The notes: generated from the letters alone by a model not told the origin. Counted from the first letter of the stretch, positions 41,400 through 54,600 are shown. The stretch is DNA of 64,000 nt from Candidatus Zhuqueibacterota bacterium (GCA_016931935.1 JAFGDW010000090.1:199-64198); one strand, 5' to 3'. Numbers and translations are program-made.

Positions 41400-41535
41400 G
41401 TATCCTTTCGATATTGGATGGTTGTGTTGACTTCGACAAGCTCAGTCAACTGTATGTCCCGTACCCTGAGCTTGCCGTCTCGCAGCACGAACGGTGGTCG
41501 AAGGGTACAGCCACCATCATTTATTGAATGGATAC
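41400..41535. repeat. Structured 136-bp intergenic element 'R2' with imperfect ~25-bp terminal inverted repeats (GTATCCTTTCGATATTGGATGGTTG ... CCACCATCATTTATTGAATGGATAC) and internal nested stems (GTTGAC..GTCAAC; AAGCTCAG..CTGAGCTT; GTACCC..GGGTAC; CTTCGAC..GTCGAAG); candidate MITE or structured RNA
   Basis: Read directly; terminal arms match 19/25 as inverted repeat; paralogous to R1. Confidence 0.5.
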
Positions 41536-41774
41536 TATTATGTCCACACCCTTAAAAAAATGTGAAACACTGTACTAAGCTCTTATATTAGGCGTTGAAT
41601 CCTTATGTAATTATCGGATTATTCAATGAAGTTGAAATTAGTATCTGAGAAGTTTTTTCTGCCATATTTCCACCCTAGCGGATTTTCAATTGGCAGAAAA
41701 TTCAAAAGCATTTTGGACAGGATAACTGGTGGAAATCCATATAATCCTGTTAATTTCTATTGCTTGGTTCTGGT

Positions 41775-44534
41775 TTATCGAGGTTGGGCATTAATCTTTA
41801 TGGCTGCATACTTCATAATGAGATTACGGACTTCGTCGACATTTATCGGTTTGGAAACATAACCATCCATACCGGCATCCAAAAATCGTTCGCGATCGCC
41901 TTTCATGGCATGCGCTGTCATGGCGATTATGGGTATACTCGATTTGGATGATCGCCGAATAATCCGGGTTGCTTCAATACCATCCATATTTGGCATTTGT
42001 ATATCCATCAGCACGATATCGAAGTCTGTTGAATTTACAAGGTGAACAGCTTCCCGGCCATCGTTAGCAACTGTCACGTCATGCCCCCATTTTTTTAACA
42101 AGCTTGTGGCAACTTTTTGATTTATTATATTATCTTCTGTCAGCAGAATATGTAACGGCGTCATACTGTCATTAGTCTTTTCCTCATTTGTTATTGAACA
42201 ATCATCTGACGTTTTTTCGAGTGCAGCTAATATCGAGTTATATAGATCGGATTGTCGAATAGGCTTTTGGAGAAAATGATTGATTCCGATAATTTTACTG
42301 CGCCGGACATCACTGCGGTGAATGACCGATCTCATCAGGATAATTTTAGTTTTGTCCCAATCCGTATTCATTCGAACTTTTTCCGAAAACTTAATTCCAT
42401 CCATTCCAGGCATATGAACATCGACAAGCATCAGCGCGAATTTCTGTTCACTTCCTGATGATTTATTCAGTAATTCAAACGCAATATTCGCACTATTAAC
42501 ACAGATAACATTAAAACCAAAACATAATAATGAATCCTTAAGGATAGTACAATGTGTAGCATTATCATCAACAATCAAAACTTTAATTCCATCCATCCTG
42601 CTCAGGTTATTACGATAGACTTGTGTGCATTCAATATTGCCTGGTTTAAACTTTGCGCTTAATTTAAAAACACTACCTTTCCCCATCTGACTTTCAACCT
42701 GAATATTCCCGCCCATTAATTCCGCCAGGCGTCGGGATATCGTTAAACCCAGACCGGTGCCACCATATTTTCGCGTATTTGAATTATCCACCTGGGAAAA
42801 ACTATCAAAGATTGTATTAAGCTTTTCGGTGGGGATGCCAATGCCTGTATCCACGACCGAAAAATGAAGTTCGAGTATGTTTTCGTCCCCCGTTTTGTTT
42901 GCCTCAATCATCTCAACGCGGAGAATAATCTCTCCGGTCTCTGTAAATTTGATGGCGTTACTTATCAAATTAATCAGAACCTGGCGTAATCGACTTGGAT
43001 CCCCTTTAATCGCCGAGGGGACTTTTTGTTTTATATCACATAATAACTCCAGCGATTTCGCATGTGCCTGAACAGCAAGCGTGGTTACAACTGTTTCCAG
43101 GACTTTTCGCAAATCAAAATCAATCTCTTCAAGTTCCAGCTTGCCTGCCTCGATTTTCGAAAAATCAAGGATATCATCTAAAATATCAAGCAAGGCTTCC
43201 GCTGATTGTTTGGAAATATTAAGATGTTCACGCTGTTGGTTTGTAAGCTCCGAATCCAACAATAGTTCAGCCATGCCAATTATGCCATTCATCGGGGTAC
43301 GGATTTCATGGCTCATATTTGCCAGGAATTCACTTTTTGCCTTGTTTGCAGCTTCCGCATCTTGTTTTGCTTTTTCTAGTTACTGTTCATATTTTTTTCG
43401 TTCAATAACTTCCCGTTGAAGCGAATCACGTGAAACGGTTGTTGTATTTAAATTTCTGACCATTTCATTAAAACAGATTGTCAATTCCCCGATTTCATCC
43501 TGGGTCTGTGCTTCCATAATTTCATTCAACTGACCTTTGCTAATAGCTTTAGTCGCATCCCTGAGATCTATAATGGGTTTGGTAATTCTTTTTGAGAGAT
43601 AGAAACTGACAACAATAGCCAGGCCAAAACTAAAAACCATTGTTATTATCGACATAATAATAATGGTAAAAACAGTTTCATAGGCTTCCCAAAGCGGTAG
43701 TTCAACTACGACTGCCCAATTAGGCATGCCAAGATGTTCGTGAGTTGTAAGAACGACAGTATTGATAATTCCTCTTGAAATTTCAGCGCCGCTATGATGA
43801 ACCTGTTCGCTGCCATTTACAAATTCCTTAATTTCTTTCAGATTGGCCAAATTTTCATGTTTAAGCACCCGGCTGATATCTGTAAATGCGATAAGATCAC
43901 CCTGCAAATTAACTACATAAACCGATCCATGTTTGCCAATTTTTATTGTTTCAATTAAATCCCACATGAATTTCAAATTTAATTCGGCCATGAAAACACC
44001 CTGAAAATCTCCAAAAACATCTTTAACCGGTACAGCAATAATAACCTGAGGTTCACTTGTTACCTCATCGAAATATAATGGACTTATGTATCTATTGTGA
44101 GTCGCCAGAACCGCAGCAATTTCATCTGTTTTTTGAAATGCCAACTGGCTAACTGATAATCCGGATAAGCGCGAGACTTTCAAGATTTTTTGGCTATTCT
44201 TATTCCTAATAGCTATCTGCCGGAAAGCTATTTCAGATCCCAACAACTTTTCAAGCAACATTTCCTGTGATTCACTCCCGGCGGTTGCTAAGCCACCAAC
44301 ATAAGCAATAGTTTCCAGTTGCTTGAATTTATCATCTATATAGTAACTTACTTGCTCAGCAGCTTCTTTAACAATTAATTGCAATTGCCCGTCAATTACC
44401 TTTTGTTGAGTTTGGTAACTGAAATACAATTCAAAACTGCTAAAAATCAGCATTACAATTGCAATCACTAAAAAGAATGCTATTTTTAAAGTTCTCGTCA
44501 AACTATGGAATTGTTTTGCGGATTGTTCTATCAT
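41775..44534 (-). pseudogene. Hybrid histidine kinase (2 TM + periplasmic sensor, HAMP, HisKA, HATPase_c, REC, REC) interrupted by a single in-frame TAA stop (43380-43382) between the HAMP/coiled-coil and the H-box
   Basis: ORFs 43380-44534 and 41775-43316 are in the same frame; translation across the stop reads ...[39 protein letters not shown], aligning with intact paralogues (e.g. [26 protein letters not shown]); stop equals one-base change from GAA/CAA. Confidence 0.6.
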
Positions 44535-44805
44535 ATTTTAATTTTCATTGCAGTGTCGATTTTGTGTAGACTCAAAAAAAAATGTCGTTTTCGAAGCTAT
44601 TCATCGCACAGCTCTGCTATGAGCATAACAATTGATTTTTCAATTTCACGTATCCATTCAATAATTAAGGATTTTTGAATCCATACAATTTCAAATTTCT
44701 AAATTTTCAATTTTTTCTACAATTACTATATTGAACACGGCCATTGATTAAACATCTAAATAAGCCAAACTATGAACATAATATTGATCGCTTTTAACCT
44801 TTGCC

Positions 44806-44834
44806 TATTAGCTAATGGCCAACAGCTAATAGCG
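44806..44834. terminator. Hairpin CTATTAGCT-aatggccaac-AGCTAATAG (perfect 9-bp stem) downstream of the - strand binding-protein gene
   Basis: Read directly; ~110 bp past the stop at 44942. Confidence 0.35.
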
Positions 44835-44941
44835 TGTTAAGGATAGGTATTGAACGAGCCGCTCAATTAATATGTTTGAAATATGACCGTTTGAAGTACA
44901 ATATTAGTAATGATACATCGTCGCACCAACGATGGATATGC

Positions 44942-45964
44942 TTATCGAATAATTTTATCCGCCATACTTAACAATCCTTCACTTACGTTCAGTTTAAAAT
45001 GTCTGGACGTATTATAATCAAACTCGAAAAAGCTCTCCGCCGAGACAACCGCAACGTTGCCAGGATTTGTGCCCTTTAAAATTTTATCCGCCAATAACGC
45101 TGCCTGCTTACCTGTGGAAATCAAATCGACATTCACACCAAAAATTGATCGATAGCCATTGACCGACATTAGTGCGCCGCCAATCGGAATTTTATGTTGA
45201 TAGGCAAATTTACCCATGACTTCAAAGGCATCGGCAGTGACAGAAAGGGGTTCAGCCACAAACAAAATTGCATCCATGCCAATATCTTTTTGACGCCCAC
45301 GTTTCTCTAAATAGTTTTGAATTTCCAGCGCATTATCCGCAGGAAATTCTTCCAAACTTACTCCGTTTGATAGAGCTGCGGGTTGCAATGCCTTGATTTG
45401 ACTGGCGACAATGGGATAACCGCGCTGATAGGGAATCCATATTCGTTTCGCATTTGGCACGAGTTCCAGCATTATTTCAAATCTTTTAATTGCAATATCC
45501 GGCCCCGGATAACGAACACCAGTTACGTTCCCGCCCGGATGGCTGACACTTTGGACAAGATCCGTGCCTTCAATATTGGCGAAGCAAAATAACACGGGAA
45601 TGTCACTACCTTGCGTGATCGCCTTGGCTGTCATTGACACTTCAGTCGGGAATGTCAGAATAAGATCGACCTTGCTCTTGACAAACTGTTTCAGGATTTG
45701 CTCTTCTTTATCTGGTTCAAAGTTCGTCTTTTCTATATCGTAAACAATATTTTCACCTTCAATATATCCCTTTTCGTTCATCCCGGTTTTAAATCCATCG
45801 ATTACATTGGAAATGTAATCCAGTCCGCATAAAATTCCCACCTTACGTACCTTTTGTTGCTGCGGGTTTTGCTGACAGTTTATCAGTGAGAGCAACAATA
45901 AAAGTACAACGCATTTGGAAAAATCTTTAGTAGGAATTATCCACCTAAATTTTTTCATATTCAT
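44942..45964 (-). CDS. Periplasmic ABC-transporter-type substrate-binding protein of the ABC_sub_bind family (solute-binding protein usually partnered with sensor kinases)
   Basis: 340 aa, signal peptide; KVGILCGLDYISNVIDGFKTGMNEKGY...VDLILTFPTEVSMTAKAITQGSDIPVLF typical of ABC_sub_bind periplasmic binding proteins; no permease/ATPase genes adjacent, flanked by sensor kinases. Confidence 0.6.
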   Translation of the reverse strand: MNMKKFRWIIPTKDFSKCVVLLLLLSLINCQQNPQQQKVRKVGILCGLDYISNVIDGFKTGMNEKGYIEGENIVYDIEKTNFEPDKEEQILKQFVKSKVDLILTFPTEVSMTAKAITQGSDIPVLFCFANIEGTDLVQSVSHPGGNVTGVRYPGPDIAIKRFEIMLELVPNAKRIWIPYQRGYPIVASQIKALQPAALSNGVSLEEFPADNALEIQNYLEKRGRQKDIGMDAILFVAEPLSVTADAFEVMGKFAYQHKIPIGGALMSVNGYRSIFGVNVDLISTGKQAALLADKILKGTNPGNVAVVSAESFFEFDYNTSRHFKLNVSEGLLSMADKIIR

Positions 45965-46193
45965 CTCTCCATAATAGTTAGTAAGGTAATTTTTGTATCA
46001 TTATCCCAACCTGGACAAGCCAGAGCCAAAATAAGAATTCCAACCACGGAATGCACTTATTAACACGGAAAAAGATTAGGTAAATTCGCGTATTCTTTTC
46101 TGTGTTATTCTGTGACTTCAGTAGTAAACAAAACTTTTGTACCAATTGAAAATCAGCCGTGATGGAAAGGGACAGAAAATTATTCGTCTGTTA

Positions 46194-49100
46194 CTAAATT
46201 TTATTTGTTGTGGCTGTTTTCACTTTAATCGAATATTTATGTAATATTCTTTTAATTTCATCGACATTGATCGGCTTGGAAATATATTCATCCATGCCGG
46301 CATCCAGGAATCGTTCACGGTCCCCCTTCATGGCGTGTGCGGTCATAGCGATAATGGGAATATGTTTATTTAAATTGAGCAATTTAGAGTTTCGAATTGT
46401 CCGGGTAGCTTCAATTCCATCCATATTCGGCATTTGTACATCCATGAAAATGATATCAAATGAATTCAATTCCAAAGCCTCCAAAGCCTCCTTACCATCA
46501 TTCGCAATGGTTATATTATGCCTCCACTTTTTAAACAAACTGGCGGCTACTTTCTGATTCACCAAATTATCTTCTGCAAGTAATATTTCCAATCGGTTCA
46601 TTTCAGTATTGTCCGAATTGATGAAGCCATTTCCATCAGTCTGTTCCCTTTTTCCAAATGCCGATAAAATTGTTTGTATCAAATCCACTTGCCGTACCGG
46701 TTTTTGGAGAAATTCATCAATTCCGTTTACTTTACTACGTTCCAAATCGCCACGATCGACAACCGAGCTCATCATAACAATTCGAATACCACTCCATTTG
46801 ACGTTCGCTCTCACTTTTTCAGTGAATTCAAAACCATTCATTTCCGGCATCTGGTAGTCGAGCAGAATTAAATCAAACAGACTTTCTTCAACAGTTGCCT
46901 GATAGAGTTTATTTAACGCTTCCTTTCCATTCCAGGTAATTGTTGCATCAATCCCATAGACTTTCAGAACATCATGCAAAATTATGCAATTCGTATTATT
47001 ATCATCAACAATGAGTACACGCATGTCGCCGAGTTCTGTAAATCGCTTTTTAAAATCATTAATTTCTACCACTTTTCCTGGCTTAAGATATGCCGTAAAC
47101 TGAAAAGTACTACTACATCCGAATTCACTCTCTACCCAAATTTGGCCATCCATCAATTCAGACAGTTTTTGAGAGATGGTGAGTCCAAGTCCGGTGCCGC
47201 CATATTTCCTGGTCGTTGAGGCGTCAACCTGAGAAAAACTTTCAAAAATTTTATTCACCTTGTCCGCTGGAATTCCAATGCCCGTGTCTTTAACAGCTAC
47301 GTGAATGCCGATGAATCCATCCTTTTTATGTTCAGCCAGTTGAACCTGAACAACAATCTCTCCTTTTTCCGTGAATTTAATTGCGTTCCCGATTAAATTG
47401 ACAACAATTTGTCGGAGCCTGCCAGGATCGCCTTTGAGTGCATGCGGAACATCTGGCGCTATATTCAATAGCAATTCCAGTTTCTTGGTGTTTGCCTGAA
47501 TGGCAAGTGTTGTCACGGCTGTTTCAAAAACTTTGCGCAAATCAAAATCAATTTCCTCCAATTCCAATCTGCCCGCTTCAATTTTTGAAAAGTCAAGTAT
47601 ATCATTGAGTAAGTCCAAAAGTGATTCTGCGGATTGTTTCGCGATATTCAAATAATCATGCTGCTGCTTTGTCAATTCCGTATCAAGCATAAGTTGGGTC
47701 ATGCCAATAACACCATTCATCGGCGTGCGAATTTCATGGCTCATATTGGCTAAAAATTCACTTTTTGAACGGCTAGCCGCTTCAGCAATTTCTTTTGCTT
47801 GTTTTAATTCTTGTTCAATTCGTTTTATCTCATTAATCGGACGACTGATTCCTACAATTCCCTGTATTTCTCCATTATTATTTAAAAATGGAACTTTCGA
47901 TGTTAATACCCAATTTGTTTCGCCGGTCGATTCATTTATTCCGTTTTCTTCTTTGTTCAATATTGATCTTCCGGTTTTTAATATTTCATTTTCATCTTTA
48001 TGAAAATCATTTACTCTATCAACCGGGAAAAAATCCAGATCCGATTTGCCTAAAACGTCATCCTGACTTCTAACTCCTAGAGATTCATAATGCGCACGAT
48101 TATTCAGGAGAAAATGATTGTTAGTGTCCTTTAAATATAATGAATCCGGAACCAAATCGATAAATGTTCGAAGCAGTTTTTTCTCTTCTTCAACCTGAAG
48201 CGTTCGTTCTTCAACTTTTCGTTCAAGTAATTTATTTCGCTCCCTAATATTTCGTGTTCGAATTTGATAAATGACCATAATCATCAAAACAGTGAAACTT
48301 ATGAGAATTAATCTGAACCACAGCGTTTGCCAAAAAGGTGGAGTAATCGTAATGTTAATAGCTGTTCCTGTTTCGTTCCACACATGGTCATTATTCGATC
48401 CCTTCACTCGAAACGTATAGTGACCGGGATCAAGGTTGGTGTAAGTCGCCATCCGCTGGTCTGCCGGCACATAATTCCACGACTTATCAAATCCTTCCAT
48501 CTTATAGGCGTACTGATTTTTTTCAGGCGCCACAAAATCGAGCGCTGCAAACTTAAACAAAAAGACTGATTGTTTGTAAGATAAAATAAGCTTTTCAGAT
48601 TCAGTAATTTGTTTTTTTAAGGGTGATGCTTCCCCACCTATTTTGACAGATTTATTAGAAATCTGGAAATCAGTAATAACAATAGGTGGCATCATTGCGT
48701 TATCTGTTATTTGATCAGGATCAAATACATTAAATCCATTATCACCCCCAAAGTACATTTTCCCAACTCTGGATTTAAAGTGGGATTTTTTAATAAACGT
48801 ATTACTCTGTAATCCATCCGCTTTGGTATAGTTCTTGAAAGTCTCATTAACCTGATTGAACCGGGAAAGCCCGCCATTTGAACTGATCCACAGGAATCCG
48901 TTATTATCCTTTTCAATTCCGAAAATCATATTATTGGGCAAGCCATCTGTGGTGAAATATCTTTTAACTGCGCCAGATTTTCTATTAATTCTATTGAGGC
49001 CATTTAAGGTGGCGATCCATAGAGTGTTGCTATCCTCTTCGAAAATGGAAGTGATGAAATTATTAGACAAACTATTGACATTATCCTGATGATGAGTATA

Positions 49101-50756
49101 ATTGACAAACGTTTCGGTTTTTGGGTTAAAGATTGTGAAACCTTCCGTTGTACCGATAAGTAAATTTCCCCTTGAATCCGTTTTTAAAACCTCAACATAA
49201 TTATTGATTAAACCACTATTTTCAACATTGTAAGCCTTAAATGATTTCTTATTTTTATTAAATTTTGTAATACCATTCTGTGTTGCAAGCCATAAGTTTC
49301 CATTTCGATCTTCGACAATATCAAAAACATTGTTATTTGATAAAGCAGAATTTTCAGATGTCCACGTTTGAAACGTTTTTGTTTTGAGGTTGAACCTACT
49401 AATTCCACCAGTCCATGTACCAATCCATAATTCATTTTCAGAATCAACGTAAACTGTCAGAACACCATCAGAATTTAAATTTGAATTTTTAGAATTATAA
49501 CTTTCGAACTTTTCCGTATGTGGGTTAAATTTATTTAGTCCCCCACCGGCAGTTGCGATCCAGATAATACCTTGTTGATCTTCACTAAATTCCCAAACAA
49601 AATTATGGCTTAGGCTGTTGGCTTGTTCAGATTTAGTTTTGTAATGAATAAATCCTTGTTTATTGTAGTGAATAACATTAATACCACCTTCATATGTTCC
49701 AACCCAAATATCCCCAATGTTATCGCAATAAATAGATTGGATTGAACTACTACTCAAACCGAATGGATCGTTCAGATTACTATTGAAATGTACAAATGTT
49801 TTCCTATCCTTTCGAAGAAAATCCAGACCACTATTTTCCGTTCCGATCCAAATACATCCGCTTTTATCATTGCATAATGTTAATACTCGATTGAACGAAA
49901 GGCTATTGTTGTTTTCCGGATTATGGCTATAATTAGTAAAATAATTTGCTGTTATATCATCTACGTGAATCGATGAAAGTCCATTTCCCAGAGAGCCAAA
50001 CCATAAATAACCATCAGAATCTTCAAGTATTGAAGTAATTGAATTTCCTGACAAACTATGAGAATTGTTCTCGTGATGCTTGTACTGGATAAAATCTTTG
50101 GTTTCATAATTATAAATATTTAATCCAGCATCTGCCGTAGCAATCCACAAATTTCCTTTACTATCTTCGAATAGTTGTCTTAGAGTATTACTACTCAAGC
50201 TATTTGGATCGCTTGGATCCGTTAAATATTGAATTGTCTGATTGTTTACCGAATCAAATAATAATAATCCATTTCCATTCGTGGCAATCCACAGGTTGCC
50301 TCGACTATCTTTGATTACGCTCCATAAATTATAGCTTTCGAGGTTATAACCATTCTGTTTGTTGTAGTTTATAAAACAATCCCGATCGCGGTTATAGCAA
50401 CTTAATCCCTGAAAGGTAGCAATCCATAAATTACCTTGTTGATCTTCACATATAGACCGAATTGAATTTGAATTTATACTCGTGGAATCATCTGGCTTAT
50501 GGCGATAAACAGTGAAATTATAGCCATCAAATTTATTAAGTCCATCAAAGGCGCCAAACCACATAAATCCCTGATGATCCTGGAAAATGCACGACACGTT
50601 GGAGTGGGAAAGTCCGTCATCCGTGGTGAGATGATCAAATTTTATATTATTTAAATTCGAAGAAATTAATACGGGGATTTGAAAACCGAATATGAACAAT
50701 ATAAAAGGGAATACCATAAAGAATTTTCTGAACTTATAAACCATAATCTCTATCAC
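46194..50756 (-). CDS. Hybrid sensor histidine kinase/response regulator (Reg_prop/Y_Y_Y sensor, TM, PAS, HisKA, HATPase_c, REC, REC)
   Basis: 1520 aa; [11 protein letters not shown]; [17 protein letters not shown]; two REC; N-terminus closest to paralogue 56219-60796. Confidence 0.85.
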   Translation of the reverse strand: MIEIMVYKFRKFFMVFPFILFIFGFQIPVLISSNLNNIKFDHLTTDDGLSHSNVSCIFQDHQGFMWFGAFDGLNKFDGYNFTVYRHKPDDSTSINSNSIRSICEDQQGNLWIATFQGLSCYNRDRDCFINYNKQNGYNLESYNLWSVIKDSRGNLWIATNGNGLLLFDSVNNQTIQYLTDPSDPNSLSSNTLRQLFEDSKGNLWIATADAGLNIYNYETKDFIQYKHHENNSHSLSGNSITSILEDSDGYLWFGSLGNGLSSIHVDDITANYFTNYSHNPENNNSLSFNRVLTLCNDKSGCIWIGTENSGLDFLRKDRKTFVHFNSNLNDPFGLSSSSIQSIYCDNIGDIWVGTYEGGINVIHYNKQGFIHYKTKSEQANSLSHNFVWEFSEDQQGIIWIATAGGGLNKFNPHTEKFESYNSKNSNLNSDGVLTVYVDSENELWIGTWTGGISRFNLKTKTFQTWTSENSALSNNNVFDIVEDRNGNLWLATQNGITKFNKNKKSFKAYNVENSGLINNYVEVLKTDSRGNLLIGTTEGFTIFNPKTETFVNYTHHQDNVNSLSNNFITSIFEEDSNTLWIATLNGLNRINRKSGAVKRYFTTDGLPNNMIFGIEKDNNGFLWISSNGGLSRFNQVNETFKNYTKADGLQSNTFIKKSHFKSRVGKMYFGGDNGFNVFDPDQITDNAMMPPIVITDFQISNKSVKIGGEASPLKKQITESEKLILSYKQSVFLFKFAALDFVAPEKNQYAYKMEGFDKSWNYVPADQRMATYTNLDPGHYTFRVKGSNNDHVWNETGTAINITITPPFWQTLWFRLILISFTVLMIMVIYQIRTRNIRERNKLLERKVEERTLQVEEEKKLLRTFIDLVPDSLYLKDTNNHFLLNNRAHYESLGVRSQDDVLGKSDLDFFPVDRVNDFHKDENEILKTGRSILNKEENGINESTGETNWVLTSKVPFLNNNGEIQGIVGISRPINEIKRIEQELKQAKEIAEAASRSKSEFLANMSHEIRTPMNGVIGMTQLMLDTELTKQQHDYLNIAKQSAESLLDLLNDILDFSKIEAGRLELEEIDFDLRKVFETAVTTLAIQANTKKLELLLNIAPDVPHALKGDPGRLRQIVVNLIGNAIKFTEKGEIVVQVQLAEHKKDGFIGIHVAVKDTGIGIPADKVNKIFESFSQVDASTTRKYGGTGLGLTISQKLSELMDGQIWVESEFGCSSTFQFTAYLKPGKVVEINDFKKRFTELGDMRVLIVDDNNTNCIILHDVLKVYGIDATITWNGKEALNKLYQATVEESLFDLILLDYQMPEMNGFEFTEKVRANVKWSGIRIVMMSSVVDRGDLERSKVNGIDEFLQKPVRQVDLIQTILSAFGKREQTDGNGFINSDNTEMNRLEILLAEDNLVNQKVAASLFKKWRHNITIANDGKEALEALELNSFDIIFMDVQMPNMDGIEATRTIRNSKLLNLNKHIPIIAMTAHAMKGDRERFLDAGMDEYISKPINVDEIKRILHKYSIKVKTATTNKI

Positions 50757-51357
50757 CTCAATTTTTTATGAATCAGCCTATTTAACCATACAGGAATATA
50801 GACACTTGACTATACTCCTTATCATCACACCAGGCTGGCATCGTAGTTTGCAGCATACAACGTCCGTATTTTCATCGAGTGCAATTGTTTTATCGCACAT
50901 ACTCAAAACTGATCTTTGCGAAAGTCCGGTATGTATAGAATGATGCTCGCATGGATTATGTTGTGCTGACAATATTCCAGGCATGTGCGTAAACGAAAGC
51001 GTTTGCATCAGGTAGCGGGCACGTTCGTTCAGTAGATGTACAATAATTGAGTGGGAAAAATTGATATGTATCGGAAGAAGCTGCACTCTTACATGCTTAT
51101 GGCACACAAGAAAACAGCAAAATATGGTAAACAATGGTATAATAAATTTCAACATTCCACACAACATCATCGTCGTCTTCTCGCACATTTCATAGAAAGA
51201 AATTTGAACCGCTACAATAACTTACATGGATTCACTCGCATCACTATCAATTGCATGTTTGCATTCCTGCACATGATTCAACATCGTTTTTAGTTTAGCA
51301 ATATTATACTTTAAACTAGCATGACTTGAACATTTTTGCTTTCCTGGTCGATCAGTT

Positions 51358-51506
51358 GCCTGAGCTTGTCGAAGGCAACATGTACGCCATTGTATTTTCG
51401 AATTTTGTGGGGCTGTATCAAAAGTCTTGTCAAATTTCATCCTGAACGTAGTCGAAGGATGATAACTCACGATAAAACAACATGCTTCGACTTCGCTCTG
51501 CATGAA
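51358..51506. repeat. Two repeat fragments in the 865-bp spacer: TTGCCTGAGCTTGTCGAAGGCAACATGTACGCC (51355-51388, core 51358-51381) and TGCTTCGACTTCGCTCTGCATGAAG (51483-51506), related to R1/R2 and to 27441/31577
   Basis: Sequence identity to other copies read directly. Confidence 0.4.
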
Positions 51507-51621
51507 GAAATTATACGAATTTTGACTTTTTATACAGCCTCGTTAGCTGATGTCAGGTTCCTAAAAAAGTGGTCATATTTTTGAATCGATAAATTAGGGT
51601 TTATCAACGGGCAGTGTTTGC

Positions 51622-54600
51622 TCACGTTTTGCTTTCAGTTCCGTTACCTACGATAGCAAATGCAGCAATCTTGCTACGCACTTCCTCCACATCAATTGGC
51701 TTGGCAATGTAATCGTTCATTCCGGCATTTAAAAATGCCTCACGGTCTCCCTTCATTGCATGCGCGGTCATGGCGATAATAGGAATTTCCAGTTTCAAAG
51801 TCTGACGAATCTGCCGGGTTGCTTCAATACCATCGATATTAGGCATCTGTACATCCATAAGAACAAGATCAAAAGAACGCTTACCAAGAATACTAATCGC
51901 CTCCTGGCCATCGTTTGCTACCGTTACTTCGTGCCCCCATTTTTTCAACAGACTAGTTGCCACTTTCTGATTGACAATATTATCTTCGGCCAACAGAATA
52001 TGCAACGACGGCATCTTGTCATCGATAGAAAATGATCTCCCTATGCAATCCAAATCGGTACAGGCTTTGCCCAAAAGCGTTAAAATGGAATACATTAAAT
52101 CCGTTTGCCGGATCGGCTTTTGCAGAAACTCATCGATGCCATCAATCTTGTTTCGCTTCAGATCACTTCGGTCTACAACCGAACTCATCATAATTATTTT
52201 TATGCTGTCCCATTTTGTGTTGGCGCGAACACGCTTTGTAAATTCATAACCATCCATTTCCGGCATTTGAAAATCCAGCAAGATCAGGCTGAATTGTTTT
52301 TCTTCAACTGTTGCCTCGTATAGTTTATTTAATGCTTCCATGCCATTCCAGGCAATCGTTGGCTGAAATCCGTTTGCTTCCATTACGTCGCGCATGATAA
52401 TACAATTGGTATTATTATCGTCGACAATTAATACTCGCATGCCTTCAAGTTCTTTCACACGTCGAGCAAATTTTTCGGATTCCTTTATCTTTCCCGGCTT
52501 AAAATAGGCTGTAAATTGAAAGACACTTCCTTTTCCCAATTCGCTTTCTACCCAAATTTTTCCGCCCATCAAATGAGTGAGCTTTTGGGAGATTGTCAAG
52601 CCCAAACCGGTACCCCCAAATTTTCGTGTAGTAGAATTATCCGCCTGGGAAAAGCTTTCAAAAATTTTATCGAGCTTATCTTCAGGAATACCAATTCCGG
52701 TATCCGAAACTGAGAATTGAAGCCCGATTAATCCATCATGTTGGGTTGCATCCTTTTCGAGTAAAGACACCTTTACAAGAATTTCCCCTTTTTCGGTGAA
52801 CTTGATTGCATTCCCAATCAGGTTAACAATAATTTGACGAAGCCGTCCCGGGTCTCCCATCAATCCCACAGGCACATCATGTTTTAAATCATAAAGCAGT
52901 TCAATCCCTTTGGAATTCGCTTGTATTGCTAACGTTGTAATCGCAGTCTCCATCACCTTGCGAATATCAAAATTAATGATTTCCAGCTCCAATTTTCCGG
53001 CTTCAATTTTGGAAAAATCCAAAATATCATTGAGTAAGTCAAGCAACGATTCCGCTGATTGCTTGACAATTCGCAGATAGTCCTGCTGCTGACGGTTAAG
53101 ATCTGTTGCCAGTGCGAGTTCTGTCATGCCAATAACACCGTTCATCGGTGTACGAATTTCATGACTCATGTTGGCAAGGAACTCGCTTTTACTGCGATTT
53201 GCCGATTCAGCTATCTCCTTGGCAATTTGTAATTCTTCTTCAAATTTTTTACGATCATTAATAAGTCGGCTAACCCCGACGATTCCATCGACCTCCCCTT
53301 TATTATTTTTGAATTGAACTTTTGAAGTCAAAATCCAGTCAATTTCGCCAGTTAAAGGATTTACTCCTTTTTCTTCTTTATTGATGATTGGAATACCGGT
53401 TTTTATTATGTTGATTTCATCTTTATGGTAATCATCCACATGTCCACCGGGGAAAAAATCGGCATCGCTTTTTCCTATCATGTCCTCCTGCCTGGTAATC
53501 CCTACTGATTCCATATGCGCCCGATTATTAAGAATAAACCGTGAGTGCCGATCCTTCACAAAAATCGGGTCAGGCACAAGATCAATAACAGTTTGTAACA
53601 GGTTTTTTTTATCCTCAAGTGCATTATTTGCTGTCAGCAAATCCTTGGTGCGTTCAGCAACTTTTTGTTCAAGCTGTTTATTTTGGATACGAATGTTTCT
53701 GGTTCGTATCTGATACAGTGCAAATATTAATAACATCAATAAATTGAGCACCATCGTTCGAAACCACCACCTGTGCCAGTAAGGCGGCGTTATAATAATT
53801 GTAAGTGAGGCGCCGGTTTCATTCCAGATACCATCATTATTCGATGCTTTCACGCGGAATGTATATGTACCCGGATCAAGATTTGTATATGTCGCATCAT
53901 GCTGATTCCCGACGTAATTCCACTCGGTATCGAATCCCTCCATTTTATAAGCGTATTGGTTGCGTTCGGGAGCTATGTAATTTAAAGCGACAAATTCAAA
54001 CGAGATCACAGAATGCTGGTGGGACAATGTCAGACTACTTGTCGTGACAATGTTTTCCATCAAAGGCGAATTTCCCCCTTTAATTTCCACATCTTTATTG
54101 AAAAGCTGAAACTTTGTAATGACAACCGGAGGTTTGGCCAAATTTATGCGGAGACTTTCCGGATTAAACACATTGAAACCATTCGGGCCGCCAAAATACA
54201 TTTCACCGTCCGCCGCTTTCATGCATGATCGGCGATTGAACTCATTACCTAGCAATCCGTCATCTACGCCGTACACAATAAATTGCGGATTCTTCGGCAC
54301 ATTGGTACCATTAACAAATTTTGCAATTCCCCTGTTAGTGCTGATCCACAAATTGGCATGGTCATCTTCCAGAATGCCTTTTATTTGATTATTTGGCAAT
54401 CCCTGCTCTTCAAAATATCCTCGAAAATCTTTTTTTTCGCGACGATAAACATTTAATCCATTATCGGTGCCAATCCAAAGATTTTTTCGACTGTCTTCAA
54501 AAAAAATAATGGCGGTGCTATGACTAATGCTATTTATATTGCTCGTATCGTGCCTGAAATGTGTAAATGATTCATTTGCAGGATCAAACAGGTCGATCGA

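Noticed and set aside
50778-51188. 136-aa ORF in the 865-bp spacer
   Set aside because: Cys/His-rich low-complexity translation with no recognisable domain, no RBS; region carries repeat fragments; treated as non-coding
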